From contig NC_068981.1 in assembly GCF_001194135.2 (NCBI RefSeq), forward strand, positions 20,878,042 to 20,942,041: a stretch of DNA of 64,000 nucleotides, in the 5' to 3' direction. Positions within the stretch are counted from its first letter, which is position 1, and each line of letters begins with the position of its first letter. The notes under the pieces were generated by a model, which worked only from the letters and a program-made list of their open reading frames with translations, did not search any database and was not told the origin of the DNA. A program made the translations under genes and the position numbers. Below are positions 36,640-48,934 of this stretch, one piece after another. The stretch comes from Octopus bimaculoides. Lineage: Eukaryota.

Positions 36640-38600
36640 ATTGTGTACAGGTGCACAAGTAGGAAATGGGTAAAATGGGGGACAGAAAGCAGTAACAATT
36701 CAAGTAAATAGGGACAGGATAAAACATAAGAAGACAGAAAGGTGATGAGTAAAAGAGGAAGGGGTGCACAGGTACATCAGGAGGGTGTAGGTGAATTTTG
36801 TGAAGCATGATATTTTTGAAGATACAATGTTCTGACAGCTGACAGTTGATGCTTCAACAATTCTGAATGTGAAAAAAAAAAAAAAGTGTCTTTGAGAGTC
36901 AAGGGTATTACAAATGGTAAAAGTACTGAATTAAAGTAAAATTGGGCAAGAATTTTGTTGGAAAATAGTGGATAATCTTATGGATTTCTAATGAGTAAGC
37001 TGTTGATGGTTCAAGATATGGTGACTGACAGAGGTTATTCATCTGCCTCTGGATAGCTTCCAGTAGATTGATATTCTGGACAAGATGAGTGTTCCAGACT
37101 AGAGATGCGAAAAAGTATGGATGTACCGTAGCCATATATAGCTGTGAGTAGCTGACAAAGGTCTTACTGAGTGATATATAGACACCTTCAGCCTTTTTCG
37201 TGATTTTAGAGATGGTTTGTCTCACATAGATCATTGTTGACAATAATGCCTAAATTACATTCACCAGTAGACTGATATTGATGTTGTGGAGTGAGTAGGT
37301 AAATTCTGGGTTCCTCTAAACATGTATTGTAGTACACTTGTCTACAGCCAACTTCAGTGTCCAGTCAGCAATCCATTGCTGTGTCCAGGTCAAATTGAAG
37401 GAGAGATTTATAGTGTATGGGTTCTATTCTAATATAGTAACATGCTTCAAGTTAGCATCTATTTTGCTAATATATGCAACAAACATCAGGGGACTAATAT
37501 TCCTGCTGGACTCCAGACATCATCAAGTCGGATACAGAATATTGTCCTAGTACTGTGACTCCCTCTTTTTGACCAACAATGAAGGACTTCAACTTGTTAT
37601 ATAGATTAGCCCTCATGCCCAATGCAAAGGGCTTCACCTTAAATCATCTGTATGTGATAGAATTAAAGACTTTGGTGAATTTGAGACAGATAACATCCAG
37701 CCATGAGCCATCGTCTATAAATCAGGTGATGTCTTTAAGAAATTAGATGAGTTAGATCAAAACTGTGAGGGTCAAATAAAATTATGAAAGTTTCAGAGTG
37801 TCTCTCTGACATAGGAGTCTATCAATTTAGCAATACAGTTAGTGAGAATGACTGAATGCTAATTGATAGGTGACATGTGATTACCTTTTTTGAACAGAAT
37901 AACAACACTGGCAATTTTCCACTGTTCTAGGGTAATGCAGTTATTAAAGCAGAATTGGAAGAGGCCATCACATCTGAGGAGCAGATAAGTAACATCATTA
38001 AGGTCAGAAGCATAGTTATATGCTTGCTGTAGTGTAACAGTATTGCAGAAGTAAAATAAAGACATGTTTGGGAATTTGGTGGATTTTCAACAGTAAAAAT
38101 GCCAGCTTAGCATTCACCAATAAGCTCTGCACACTCCTTGGGTTCATCAGTAATCTGACCCATGTTAGAATTGCAGAGAGGGCTGACAGGAAGGTGAGGC
38201 CTGTTTTGAGCATGCATTTCCAGGACATTCTATTAATTGAGTTGGTTGTGATGCATTATTCAAATTTTAGTACTGTTCTTTTTAGTTACACGATTGATAT
38301 GGTTGGATACTCTGTTTTACCTTCCATTATCCCCCTGTTCTATGTAATCTGTATTCATGTTCAGTATCTCGCTGTTCTTTACTGATAAAGCAAACAGCTG
38401 CAGTCTCCCAATCTGCATTTTTTAGGTTTCTAACAAATTTATGTGGTACTGATGCTTCAAATGTAGCCCAGATCCAATTGAACATGATTATTGGACATTG
38501 TTGCATTTTAGAACAGTGACCAATTTTGTCACATAGTTCACCCGTACATGAAACTATAGCAATTTTGTTCTGTTTGTCTATCCATACAAAAACAAAAAAA
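36640..38600 (-). mobile_element. Highly degenerate CR1/L2-like LINE
   Basis: ORF 36908-37243 (FASLVWNTHLVQNINLLEAIQR) parallels the 18237-18527 ORF. Also WKIASVVILFKKG and RNLKNADW motifs. Boundaries approximate. Confidence 0.75.
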
Positions 38601-38976
38601 CTCTCTAAGTATAAGGCATTCATTAAACAGATTAAATATAATAAAGTGCTTTCATGACTGTTGGCTAGATACAAATATTTAAAAAGATGTGATATGTACT
38701 GGAAATAAAAGTATATTACTAAAATATATGCAGTTCAGAGAGTAAATGAATTGTGCTTTATCAGAGTTAAGATATATTTATCAATATGTGCATACAAATG
38801 TGCATGTAAATGCTTCTTTTTGAAGACAATAAACTTTAACATTAGAAAAAATAAGTAATAAGAGTTCAGATTCATAGCAGAAAATTCACCTCTATTTTAC
38901 TAAAATGTTAAACAAACCTAAGAACATTTATTAATGTGATAGTAACACAAAATAAAAAAAAAACTTTCAAATAGTA

Positions 38977-40090
38977 TCAGGTTGGAGTAAAAATAATCAC
39001 AGTTTTTAACCATAAACTTTAAGCAAGATATCTCAACTCAGAATAAATTTTGAGTAATCATTATTTTAAAGCTTCTTAATCAAAATAACCATTAGATTCT
39101 GCACATTTTTGCCAACAAAAAATAATCCTATCTCAGTAGCATTGAATTTTGTTTGTCTTGGAACAGATGAATTCTTTGAAGGCATTTTGAACAAATGCTT
39201 GGATGTTGAAGACCTTTTGTAGGTCTGGTGAGTCAGCTGGGTGAGTACTTTTGTAGTCTAGTCTATTTAACTTCTGCAGTCATTTATGAGACATGGTTAA
39301 GAGTAGTCATAGAGAAGAATTGGTACTTCTCACTTGACTAAAACTGAACATAAATGTTGCAATTCTTGGGGCATTTTGGTTTATTTCTAGGCATCTCTGC
39401 TGTGATGGTTTCATCAGGGTTTAAGAAATATGAGGGGATGATTCCATTTGCCCTGCAGGAATTGACCATAACCTTCCTTTGATGCTTCACTTCAGTCCAG
39501 CATGGAGGGCAATCAGTTGTCATATGAATCCGTTTTTTTTCCACATCACAAAGCAGTCAAGATATACATTGTTAGTGTTGCGCCAAAGAAGTACAGAGCA
39601 AACAACATAATGGTGTGTTTTAAAATTTTCGTTGAGTCCACATGGCACACATTTGTTGAAAGGTCAACATTTAGTTCTTCTGCAACACAGTTGTTTTGTG
39701 TGGGTCAGCTTAATTAATGGTAATCAATTGCATGTCTTCTGCAAATATTCCTCATTTTCACTATGAAAATTTTGGAACTAAATGTTTGTTGATGGTCCCC
39801 AGGCCAAATGCTTGGTTGATATTATTAGCAGTTTCCATTGCCTCGTCAATCCAATTTGAACACATGCAATGAAATCACTTGTGTTTTTTCACACCTTTAA
39901 TTTAATAGTCTAAGAATAAACATCATCATTTTTTTCATGCCAGTATGGGTTGGACAGTAAAAATAAAACTATTGGCAAGAATCAATAGATGAAAACTGCC
40001 TCTTTAAAATGGTATATTGCATGTACACAATGAAATAAAAGAATCAAAGTTTAAAATAACAAAAACTGCCACATTTTTGCACCAACCTAA
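38977..40090 (-). mobile_element. Degenerate mariner (Hsmar1/MADE1-like TIRs) with TA target duplication
   Basis: Left end TA-tcaggttggagtaaaaataatcacagttttt; right end aaaaactgccacatttttgcaccaacctaa-TA. Internal remnant QRKVMV...GII...LNPDETITAE. Confidence 0.85.
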
Positions 40091-40199
40091 TATTTCTTTT
40101 ACTTCTGTTGGGATTTCTACTGTTTATATTAGAAAAAAAAAATCTCTATTTGGAGTTATAGTCAAAATGATTGACACTGAACATTAAGCTGCATCAGTG

Positions 40200-41030
40200 C
40201 TCATCAGCTGTTGAAAAAAAAACGAGATCTAAATACAAGATGCACCAGGTCACCAAGAATAACAAAAAAACACAAAGAGAAACAAGACATCAAACAAAAA
40301 ATGGCACACATTGTTTAACCAGATATCAAAGAAACATGTCATTTAACAAAGCCATCCTCAGTCTCAATGATGACCTTGATGCAGCCATGGAAGTAACTGC
40401 ATGCTCCAAGATTAGGTGTTCTCTGCTCATATTATCTACCACCTTTCTTCTTGACACCCCCCACCACTCAATGATACCTCAAATGCAGCAGTCCAGGGAA
40501 CTCAAATCAGTATAGCTAAGAGGTCATATAATCACATGGTCCATCCAGCTCTTGCTTGATGAGAATTGTTCTCTCCTCATGTAAGACTTATTTGCAACCA
40601 ATGTCTCCAGGCACCCCACATTGGATAACGGACTCCACCATCTTGAACTACTCAGCAATAACCATCATTGACCTACTGGGGTTGTTGTTGTTGATGATGA
40701 TGTTCTGGTTCAACATGAACTGGTCTTCATGACATCTGACTTCTGAGAATGTCTTACCTCTTGGCCATAGATGACACATTTTTATACAAAGGACTTGGTC
40801 ATGATTTAGAAACTGATGATTTCTAAATTGCTGTGGTTGATGGATAGAGCCAAGAGCATGATATATTGTTTCCTTTTTTGTGTCAGATAGGAATTTGCTA
40901 TGTTAATGGCATTTATACATCTGGAAGAGAAATGACAAAGTTAAAATTTGTCACATGCACTATAACATGTTAGGTTGCTTCCATTCACGGTCTGTTAAAG
41001 TTTGTTCAGAAATATTTAGCACACAGTGTA
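40200..41030 (-). mobile_element. Degenerate IS630/Tc1/mariner transposase remnant (maT/DD37D-like)
   Basis: The - strand reads *PLSYTDLSSLDCCI*GIIE, a decayed WPPxSPDLNPLDYxIWGxLE, plus PSRSMMVI. Probable TA-CACTGTGTG terminus at about 41030. Confidence 0.6.
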
Positions 41031-44000
41031 TTTAAACAGCTGACAGGAAATAATAAAGAAAAAAAGAATCCTTTAAATGATTAAATTGTCCCTTAAAGCC
41101 AAACCATGACATTCTTCATCTATAAACTTGATTCATTTCTTCACGGTTCAACTGATATTTAAAAAGTTATTTCCAATGATGATTGCTCCACAAGTTGCAT
41201 TAGTAAGTTTTCTTCAATGACCTTTGGATATTAAACTCTTCATTTCTTGGATTAGTCTGTTGTGAATCATAAACAAAATTCTACTACTTTTTAACTGGTT
41301 TACTTTAGTATAGGTGAGGGATCCACATTTTCTACCATAGGAATCATCATCATATCCTCAATTATATTGGCAGCTTGTAAACATCTTATCAAACAATCTC
41401 TCAGAACAACTCATCTCTTTGTAGCTGGAGTTGCTATTAATAACAATCTCTCCAGTTACCATCTTCTAAAATCACAACAAGCTAAGTTTACACATTAATT
41501 TGCTTAGGGTAGCATAAACCAGATAGATTTTGAGATAAAAACTTAAGTCAATATTTTCCTTGATAGGGAAAACATGTCTTAAGGGTATTTTCTTTCCAGA
41601 GACAGTCACTTACCAGAACTTCAATTTTTCAAGGGCAGAAGTTAATTGGTAAATGAATATGAGATGAATATGACACTTGTTAGTAATATCAATTCCTGTA
41701 TTCTAACAGCATTTCTCTGGATCACATTAGATTCTGTTCTACTGAACAAGCAACATGAATTATGTTTTTACAGGTATGGTGTAGAAAACGTATTGACATC
41801 AATCTGTGAAAGAGTAGCAAACTCACCCCTTTCTCCAGGAACCTGAAGTGGTACCTTAGGAAAGTGCTAACAAGCTCTCAGGCCAGAGTTACAATGGGTC
41901 CAGATATGTGCTCCCTACAGCTGTGATGGAAAATGATAGCAGCAGCAGTCTGACACTTCCAATTATCTTGGTGGCTTGGTCATTGGTTATTTCACTATCA
42001 AGATCCTGGGGATGATGTTAAACTGTACTCAAGTCCCCAACTAATGGGTGGTCCAGTTGAATGTCACTACATTGGCTGAGGCTGGAGTTCCAGCAGATTC
42101 TTTTCTGCATCCTTCAGAACAGGCCTGTTCACATCAGAATAGCATAGCTAAGAGTAGTGACTGCGTGATACTCTATTTCATTAAAGGAAGGATATCATGT
42201 AGCCCAAGTTGATGATGACCATGATAATATTTTTAAGAATTTCACAACCATGAAGTAGCATCACAGCAACCTAAGAAACAGTCTAAATTTTATTTAAATT
42301 CTCAATAAAAATGAGAAAATTATAAGTCAATGAGTTTATTCACTTAGTAATTTACAAAGAAACAAATTTAAAAACCATGAACAAATTATTTAGACAAACT
42401 TTTATTCAAATTAATTTGTCTAATACAGATTTGTAACATTTTATGCAAATTAGTAGCCTTGCAAGAGTAGTGAGTGTTGGTTTCGTTGACTTTTAAAACC
42501 AATCTCTCTCTAACAAGTTGACCAAATATCTGCATCACATTACACAAATAACAACAGACTCAATTAGGCTTTCAACTTTTTTTATTTTCTAAAATTGTAA
42601 TTAAATGATCTGTAAATACAATATCTTCACAAGGTAAAAATCAAATATTGCAATACACATTTCAATAGCTACACCCTCTTGTAAAGTGTTTACACAAGAT
42701 AGCTGGGAACTAACGGAAACTGAAGATGAGCATATTTTTTAGCCTGGCCTGACTATTTACAAGACTGATTCTTTGTCAAAATATCACAGACTAAAATTTT
42801 AGGTTAACCTTAAACTGTTTTGAGTAATCATTATTTTAAAGCTTCTTTATCAAACAATAAACGACAATAACTTAATACAGAGATTGAAATGACAAAAATG
42901 AAATAAAAATAAATTTTTCTTCATTCAGTGATGTCAGAATTATAAGACCTGAAGTCACTTTAAAACTAGCCAAATTTCTGCAGTACAGCGTATGTGTATA
43001 TACACACACACAATAAACAAGAACTTACATGCTTGCAGTTCTATATGCTGTGCATAAAGGATATGTACAACTGTTCATAGGATAGCTGGGAGGCCACACC
43101 AGTCATTAAAAAAGAGACACAGACTGAATGGTAATGAATCCAATGAGTTGGGATAAATAAATGAGACATTAAGTCAGAGCTCAAGAAGAACCTATACATT
43201 TTACACCAATAGCACCCATTTCAAAAAGTCTTTCTACAGATACAATGTTGCTAGCCACAGTTATTTCTGTTTCTTAGCAACAGCTCCAACTATCTTTACT
43301 ATCACAATTGTACATGATATTGCTAAAGATTGAAGTAGGCAGTGAAACTATCATCTAATCTCTGTATTTAAACCAAATTAACATTGAAAAATGTGAAGTA
43401 GAAGATTCTAAGACAAAACAAAAGAAATCAGTGAAATAAAACAGAGTCATGCTTAAAACACCTAAGGGTTTGATTGAAAATACTGACAATGAAATCCATA
43501 AGTCAACACTTCAGTTTATTAGAAATGCTAAGCTGTTGGGTGAGCAATTGTTCTACTTCGCTGGAATCTCACACTTATTTCATTTAATTCTTCAATTGGT
43601 CTCAGTTTTGTTACTGTGCTCTTAGAGTGAACTCTAAACCACTGAATATATCTCAGCTCAGTTTGCCAATGGAAAGAGTTACATAGTTGTTTCTGAAGAG
43701 CTAGACATTAGTGAGACAGTTAAGGTGAGAATTGCAGAGTAAGAAAGAACTGAGTATATTGTCAGGGCATGTTATACAGATGGAAAGACCAAAAGCATAG
43801 AGATAGGGGATACATCATACAGTAGTCTATTTCTTTTCTAGACTAGTACCAAGACATCAGTATAGTATTTATCAATAAGATTGTTTAATAATAAGCAATT
43901 TAGTTTTGTTCTTTCATAGCAATATGGCTATTTGGTACCATGGTCAGTTTATTCAACTTAGGTCTATTTCAAATGAGTCAGTATTAATTGGACAAAGCAG

Positions 44001-46079
44001 TGTTCTGTTTATTTACAAGTAATATCAAGAGTCTATTTACAAATAAAACCAATAGAATGAACAGATTCTATGAGCAATGTTACATATACAGTGCTTAACA
44101 GTGTATCTCCTGGTTTTGTATTAGCTCACTTGAGTGTTTATTGTTTTGACAAATTAGACCATCATTATCAATTCATGTTAAACACACTTATAGCCAGTTA
44201 TTCCAAATGTTCTGTTTGACAGCTGGATAAAACTTTATTAAATCTCTTCAAATTCTTTATTATGTAACAAACTAACTGACTGTTTAAGTTTTTGAGAGTA
44301 AATAATTCCTCACTTTTTTCTCTAAGATGTTTCTCCATGTTGTTAGTTACAGATAAGGTCATAAGCTTGAAACATATTTTTCACTCCTCACAACAAATGA
44401 ACTTATTTTATGCATTCATTGTTGTCAACACAGTCCATCACAAGTTTCTTTAATTTGAATTTTACCTTATCTACGCTAATGCCAAGGTTAAATACTTTAA
44501 AGTCAAGTATTCAACTAAGAAATGAGAATATCTTCTATTTTTCACCTAAATAAATAAAGAGATCTGTAGTTTAATGTAACCGTATCTACTTTGTGTAGTA
44601 TTTATAAAATGTTAGAGGGGACACTGTATCATCACACAAACTGCTATTAGTAATATGACTACTGTCTTAGTCTTAATCAGATTTTTTTTTAGAAAATATC
44701 TATTATGAAAGCAGCATATTTCTACAGATTTAAATTTTTCTAAAACAAAAATATCTAAAATGGAATAAAGTGATATTATACTTTGGTTGAAATGGCTGAC
44801 ATCTCACACTACTTGTTAAAAGAGAGGGCTATAAATTAATAAATGATGTTGTTGATAGGAATGTAGCATAAGAACATCCAAAGACGCAGTCATTAGCAAA
44901 ATTATAATGATATTAATAATAATTTGTTTAGTGATTTAAATAACAAAGAGTTATGAGTTTAAGCCCAATGTGTGTGTATGTGTAACACAAAACCTAGTGA
45001 TTTTGAGAGAAATGAAACATGGGGAAGGATCTATTAACAGTATACATAGATTATCTTGATGATTATGATGATTTGGAAAAATATACAAGAAACAGACTGT
45101 TCCTTCAGATATAGATGTTTACAATGGGCATCTTACATACAAAGTATAAAACCTGAGATTTCAGTTTGGATGTATAAAAGTGGGGTTGGAAATTGTGATG
45201 TTTATTCCTTTCTTAAAAGCAGTAGTAGCCAGACACTGAGATCAAGATGTAAATGATATATTTCAATAGCTGTTCAGATGACTCATAAGAAAATTGTGGT
45301 GAAATATTACAAGAGGTTTTATATTCTGGGTGAAAACATTGTGAATGGGAAAATGAATTTTGGAAAGAAAATGGATGGAGAAAGAGCATACCCAGTAGAT
45401 GTCAAATAAGCATGTAAAATAGTCAAGCAAGTAACGAAATAGACTACCCAACTGCCATGTTCATTATATGCAATGCAGCATATTTGGAAATGGTTTCACC
45501 ATTTTACATCTAGTTCTCTATGCTGGTTTGTTTGAGACCCTTTCTAATACTAAGCATCCAACTGTGAGGGAGGAGAAAAACCTGATTATTTACAATGATA
45601 ATGATGAATTTTCTTAACATGGACAATTTTGTGAGAAGAATATATAAATTGATTATACCCAGTATATTTAATCTGACACTGGCAGGGTTTGAACATTAAT
45701 AACATAAGTTACTACTACACTCTGGCAACTTTAAATATGATGATGATAAATTTATTGTCATTAGGCAAGAAAGACAATTGTTGTAAGGTGTTCACTGACT
45801 CAAAATAGCAAATAACAAGCAGTATTTTTAATTACTATTTGGGGGTTAAATCATCTGTTGTTGAAATTAAATATTGAATAACATTACTGTGTTGTCTTAA
45901 CCAGCTCCTTTAGTAAATTCTCAAGATAATCGAATGGATACTCTACTAGCTATAATTTAAGTATCCCATTTTCTGAAGTTTAAAATTTTACCACAGTTGA
46001 CTTTGTGCATTGTTAAAAGTAATCTACAGAACAAAATACCAAAGTTTCCCTCTTTGAACATTGACAAGAAAGTCTCTAA

Positions 46080-46690
46080 TTCAGATTAAACAACCCTGAA
46101 AGGATGAAAGGCAAAGCTGAACTCGATGGTATATGAATTTGGTACGCAAAGAGATATAACTAAATATAGTATATTTAATGCATGTCTAATGCGTTATCCA
46201 TTCCACTGTAAAAATAAAAATAACAAGAACTTCTAATATAGGTACAAGGACACGTATGTTTGGGGTGGGGTATAGTCAATTTAAATGACACAGTACTTAA
46301 CTGGTACTTATTTTTATCAAATTCAGAAAGATGAAAGACAAAGTCAAGCCAGACGGGAATTAAACTCAGAATATAATTAAATGACACAAGGCATTGTTTC
46401 CTGCCACTCTATCAATTCTGTCAAACACAGCCTTCTATATACAACTATGAATACTTCTAATGATTATAACAATCCTTTCTGCTGGAGGTACAGGGCCTCA
46501 AATTTGGCAAGAGGGGGACTAGTTGATCACATCAACCCCATTGTTTCACTAGTACTTAATTTATCGACCCCAAACAGATGAAAGGCGAAGTTGACCTTGG
46601 TGCAATTTGAACTCAGAACATAGTGACGGGTGAAATACCGCTAAGCATTTCGTCCAGCATGCTAATGATTCTGCCAGCTCGCTGCCTTCT
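46080..46690 (-). mobile_element. Cluster of 2-3 family-A-related SINE copies
   Basis: Repeated gatgaaaggcaaagt..., actggtacttattttatc and attctgccagctcgctgcctt in reverse orientation. Confidence 0.7.
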
Positions 46691-47841
46691 AATGATTATA
46701 ATAATTACTGTCTAACCATGAAATGTACACTTTTAGTATTTTTATCTTAGAACAGTAGTGACTAACTGAAAGACACACAAAACAATTAAAAATACATAAC
46801 AAGGGGAGTCATGATAGAATCTAATAAACTGATACCTCCAAAACTAGCTGCTTATAACAGTAATGAGATCCAATGCATTATGGTAGGCAAATGTACAGCC
46901 TCATGAAAAAAGTTCAGGTGTAAGGTTTTAAGTGAATGTTATGGTAAAATTGGGTGTCTGTTTAAAAAAATACTCTGTATGTATCTCATTCTATACTACT
47001 ATCAATTATAAATTAACAACTGCTGCTCTAAAAGAGCTTGTTAAGCCAACTGAGAGCAAGCAATCTGCCTTTATCAAGGACACAATACGTTAGAGAATAA
47101 GCTGGACTATATACTTCATTATCAGGTGATAAATTGTACATATAAATTGATATACACCTTCTGTTTTCTCAAGAAAGATACAAAAGACAGATCTATCACC
47201 ATTTTATAACAGATCTCATGAGATAAGGTAAACATTTGCAGTGGTGCAGAAAAAATTCAATCCATTGATTCTGCTGGCACCAATGTGTTAAATTCAAGAC
47301 AATGTTATATAGTTATTTAACATTGTTCTCTGCAGTTTTTATTATAATGGATTTTATGGAATAAAACTTTGTGGTAAAATGCCTTCAGCAAGCACTATAC
47401 CAGATAATATACAAGTTAAAACTGAAATAATTTACAACCAATAGTTTGCATGTGATATAAAAACAACAACGGAAACAAAACAATATTTCCCTTCATCAGT
47501 CACAATGAGAATGTCTGTCTGTTGAAAAAAAAAAAAGCAAAAAACAATTTGCTCACTGGAGGAAATTCTTCAATATACACAAATCAGGAAAGTATTTCAT
47601 GAATGAGTGATCAATGCTAGTAAGATGATAGATTTGTGGAGATGATATAAGACAGTGAAGGAAAATGTCAGTTTTGAAGATCTATTTTTTTTTGAATATC
47701 TATTTTTTTCTGTCAAACATAACAAGTATATGTTATGTTTGGTTAAAATAATTCAGACTTTCAATGCAGTATTGCTTCATGTAATTCATAGTATAACAGG
47801 GAAATATGATCAAATTGAACAGAAAATAGTGTATCTCAGAA

Positions 47842-48416
47842 TCAATAACGGTTACTGATCCCTACTGAAGATGGAGTAGGTCTGCTTGCCAAATTTTGGT
47901 TCATGCCCGTGTTAGGCATTTGTGAAGCCCGCTGTGGACCCCATTGTGGGATGTGTCGGTCCATAGAACTAGGTCCAGAATTATTGGTTGGAAAACGGGG
48001 ATGATTTTTCACTCCATCAAATGGTAAATTATCACTTCTTTGAGGTAAAGATAGCCCTTTTGCTACAGCAGTAATATTTTCAAGGATATTAGGCCCACTC
48101 TGCATCAAATTGTCAAGAGCCCTTTTAACAGTAGGGTTTTCAAAGTTGATAAAAGCTTTCATGTTTGAAGGATTTCCAAAAAAATCAGGGGGAACATCTT
48201 CCATATTGCTCATTGCAGCATCAGATTTGGTACGAAGAAGAGGATTGAGCAGTGATGATGACTGTCCATCAGCAGAGTTATCTCCAGCGGTATTAGAAGT
48301 AATCATACTTAATATTTTAGATTGAAAATCTGTATCTTTCTGCTGGTTGGGATGCTGTAACAGCATTTTGCTATCAATTCTTCGCTTATCCTCTTCGGCT
48401 CTAAAGCCACCTGAAC
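47842..48416 (-). CDS. NCOA5: NCOA5 terminal coding exon
   Basis: tttttgtccttcag acceptor, phase 1. Contains AFINFENPTVKRALDNLMQSGP, matching recalled NCOA5 INFDNPSVQKALDTLIQSGP. TGA at 47842-47844. Confidence 0.93.
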
Positions 48417-48934
48417 CTGAAGGACAAAAAGATAAACTGAACCACTATTTTACTAATATTGTTATCAATATACAGTATATGTCCATAATAACATTTGACA
48501 AAGATAAGGGAAATAATTGTTGTTCACTGATACCAACATATAGTTTGTACCTTCATCTTCCCAGCAATGTTTTCTTTTGGAATATATTTTAGATATGATC
48601 TTTTTATTCTCTATGGATATTTGATAACAACAAACATACACAGAGAAATAAAAGGAATATTTCTGACAAAGAAGAATGCAACAGTGAAGTAAAGAAATCA
48701 TGAATTTAGTTGTAGCCTGATTGTAAGATAGAGAACTAGATGCACTAGAAAAGAAACAAAAATAATAATGAAGTCCCAGTTTCTTCTAAATATACTGCCT
48801 CTAAGTGTTTTCTACCAACATCGCTTTCGCCAAATTGCAGCTTTTTCTTTCTCTGCGGTCATCTATACAGTAATATCAGTAAAAATTGTAGTTAATATAA
48901 AATTCATAAAAAGGAGATAATAATGTTGTTAACG

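Noticed and set aside
40756-40920. Apparent exon (ttccag acceptor, gtaaga donor) on the - strand
   Set aside because: All three frames from the acceptor hit stops, and it lies within a Tc1/mariner remnant.
41770-41870. Strong donor GGG/gtgagt on - and acceptor-like site on + (YGVENVLTSICER)
   Set aside because: Only short frames, no partner exons and no recognisable homology.
39040-42860. Exact 30-nt match ttttgagtaatcattattttaaagcttctt at about 39047 and 42818
   Set aside because: The first copy is inside the mariner end, so the second is probably a mariner fragment.
43530-43695. 54-codon frame after a cttcag acceptor on the - strand
   Set aside because: No good donor in a usable phase; length is within chance expectation.
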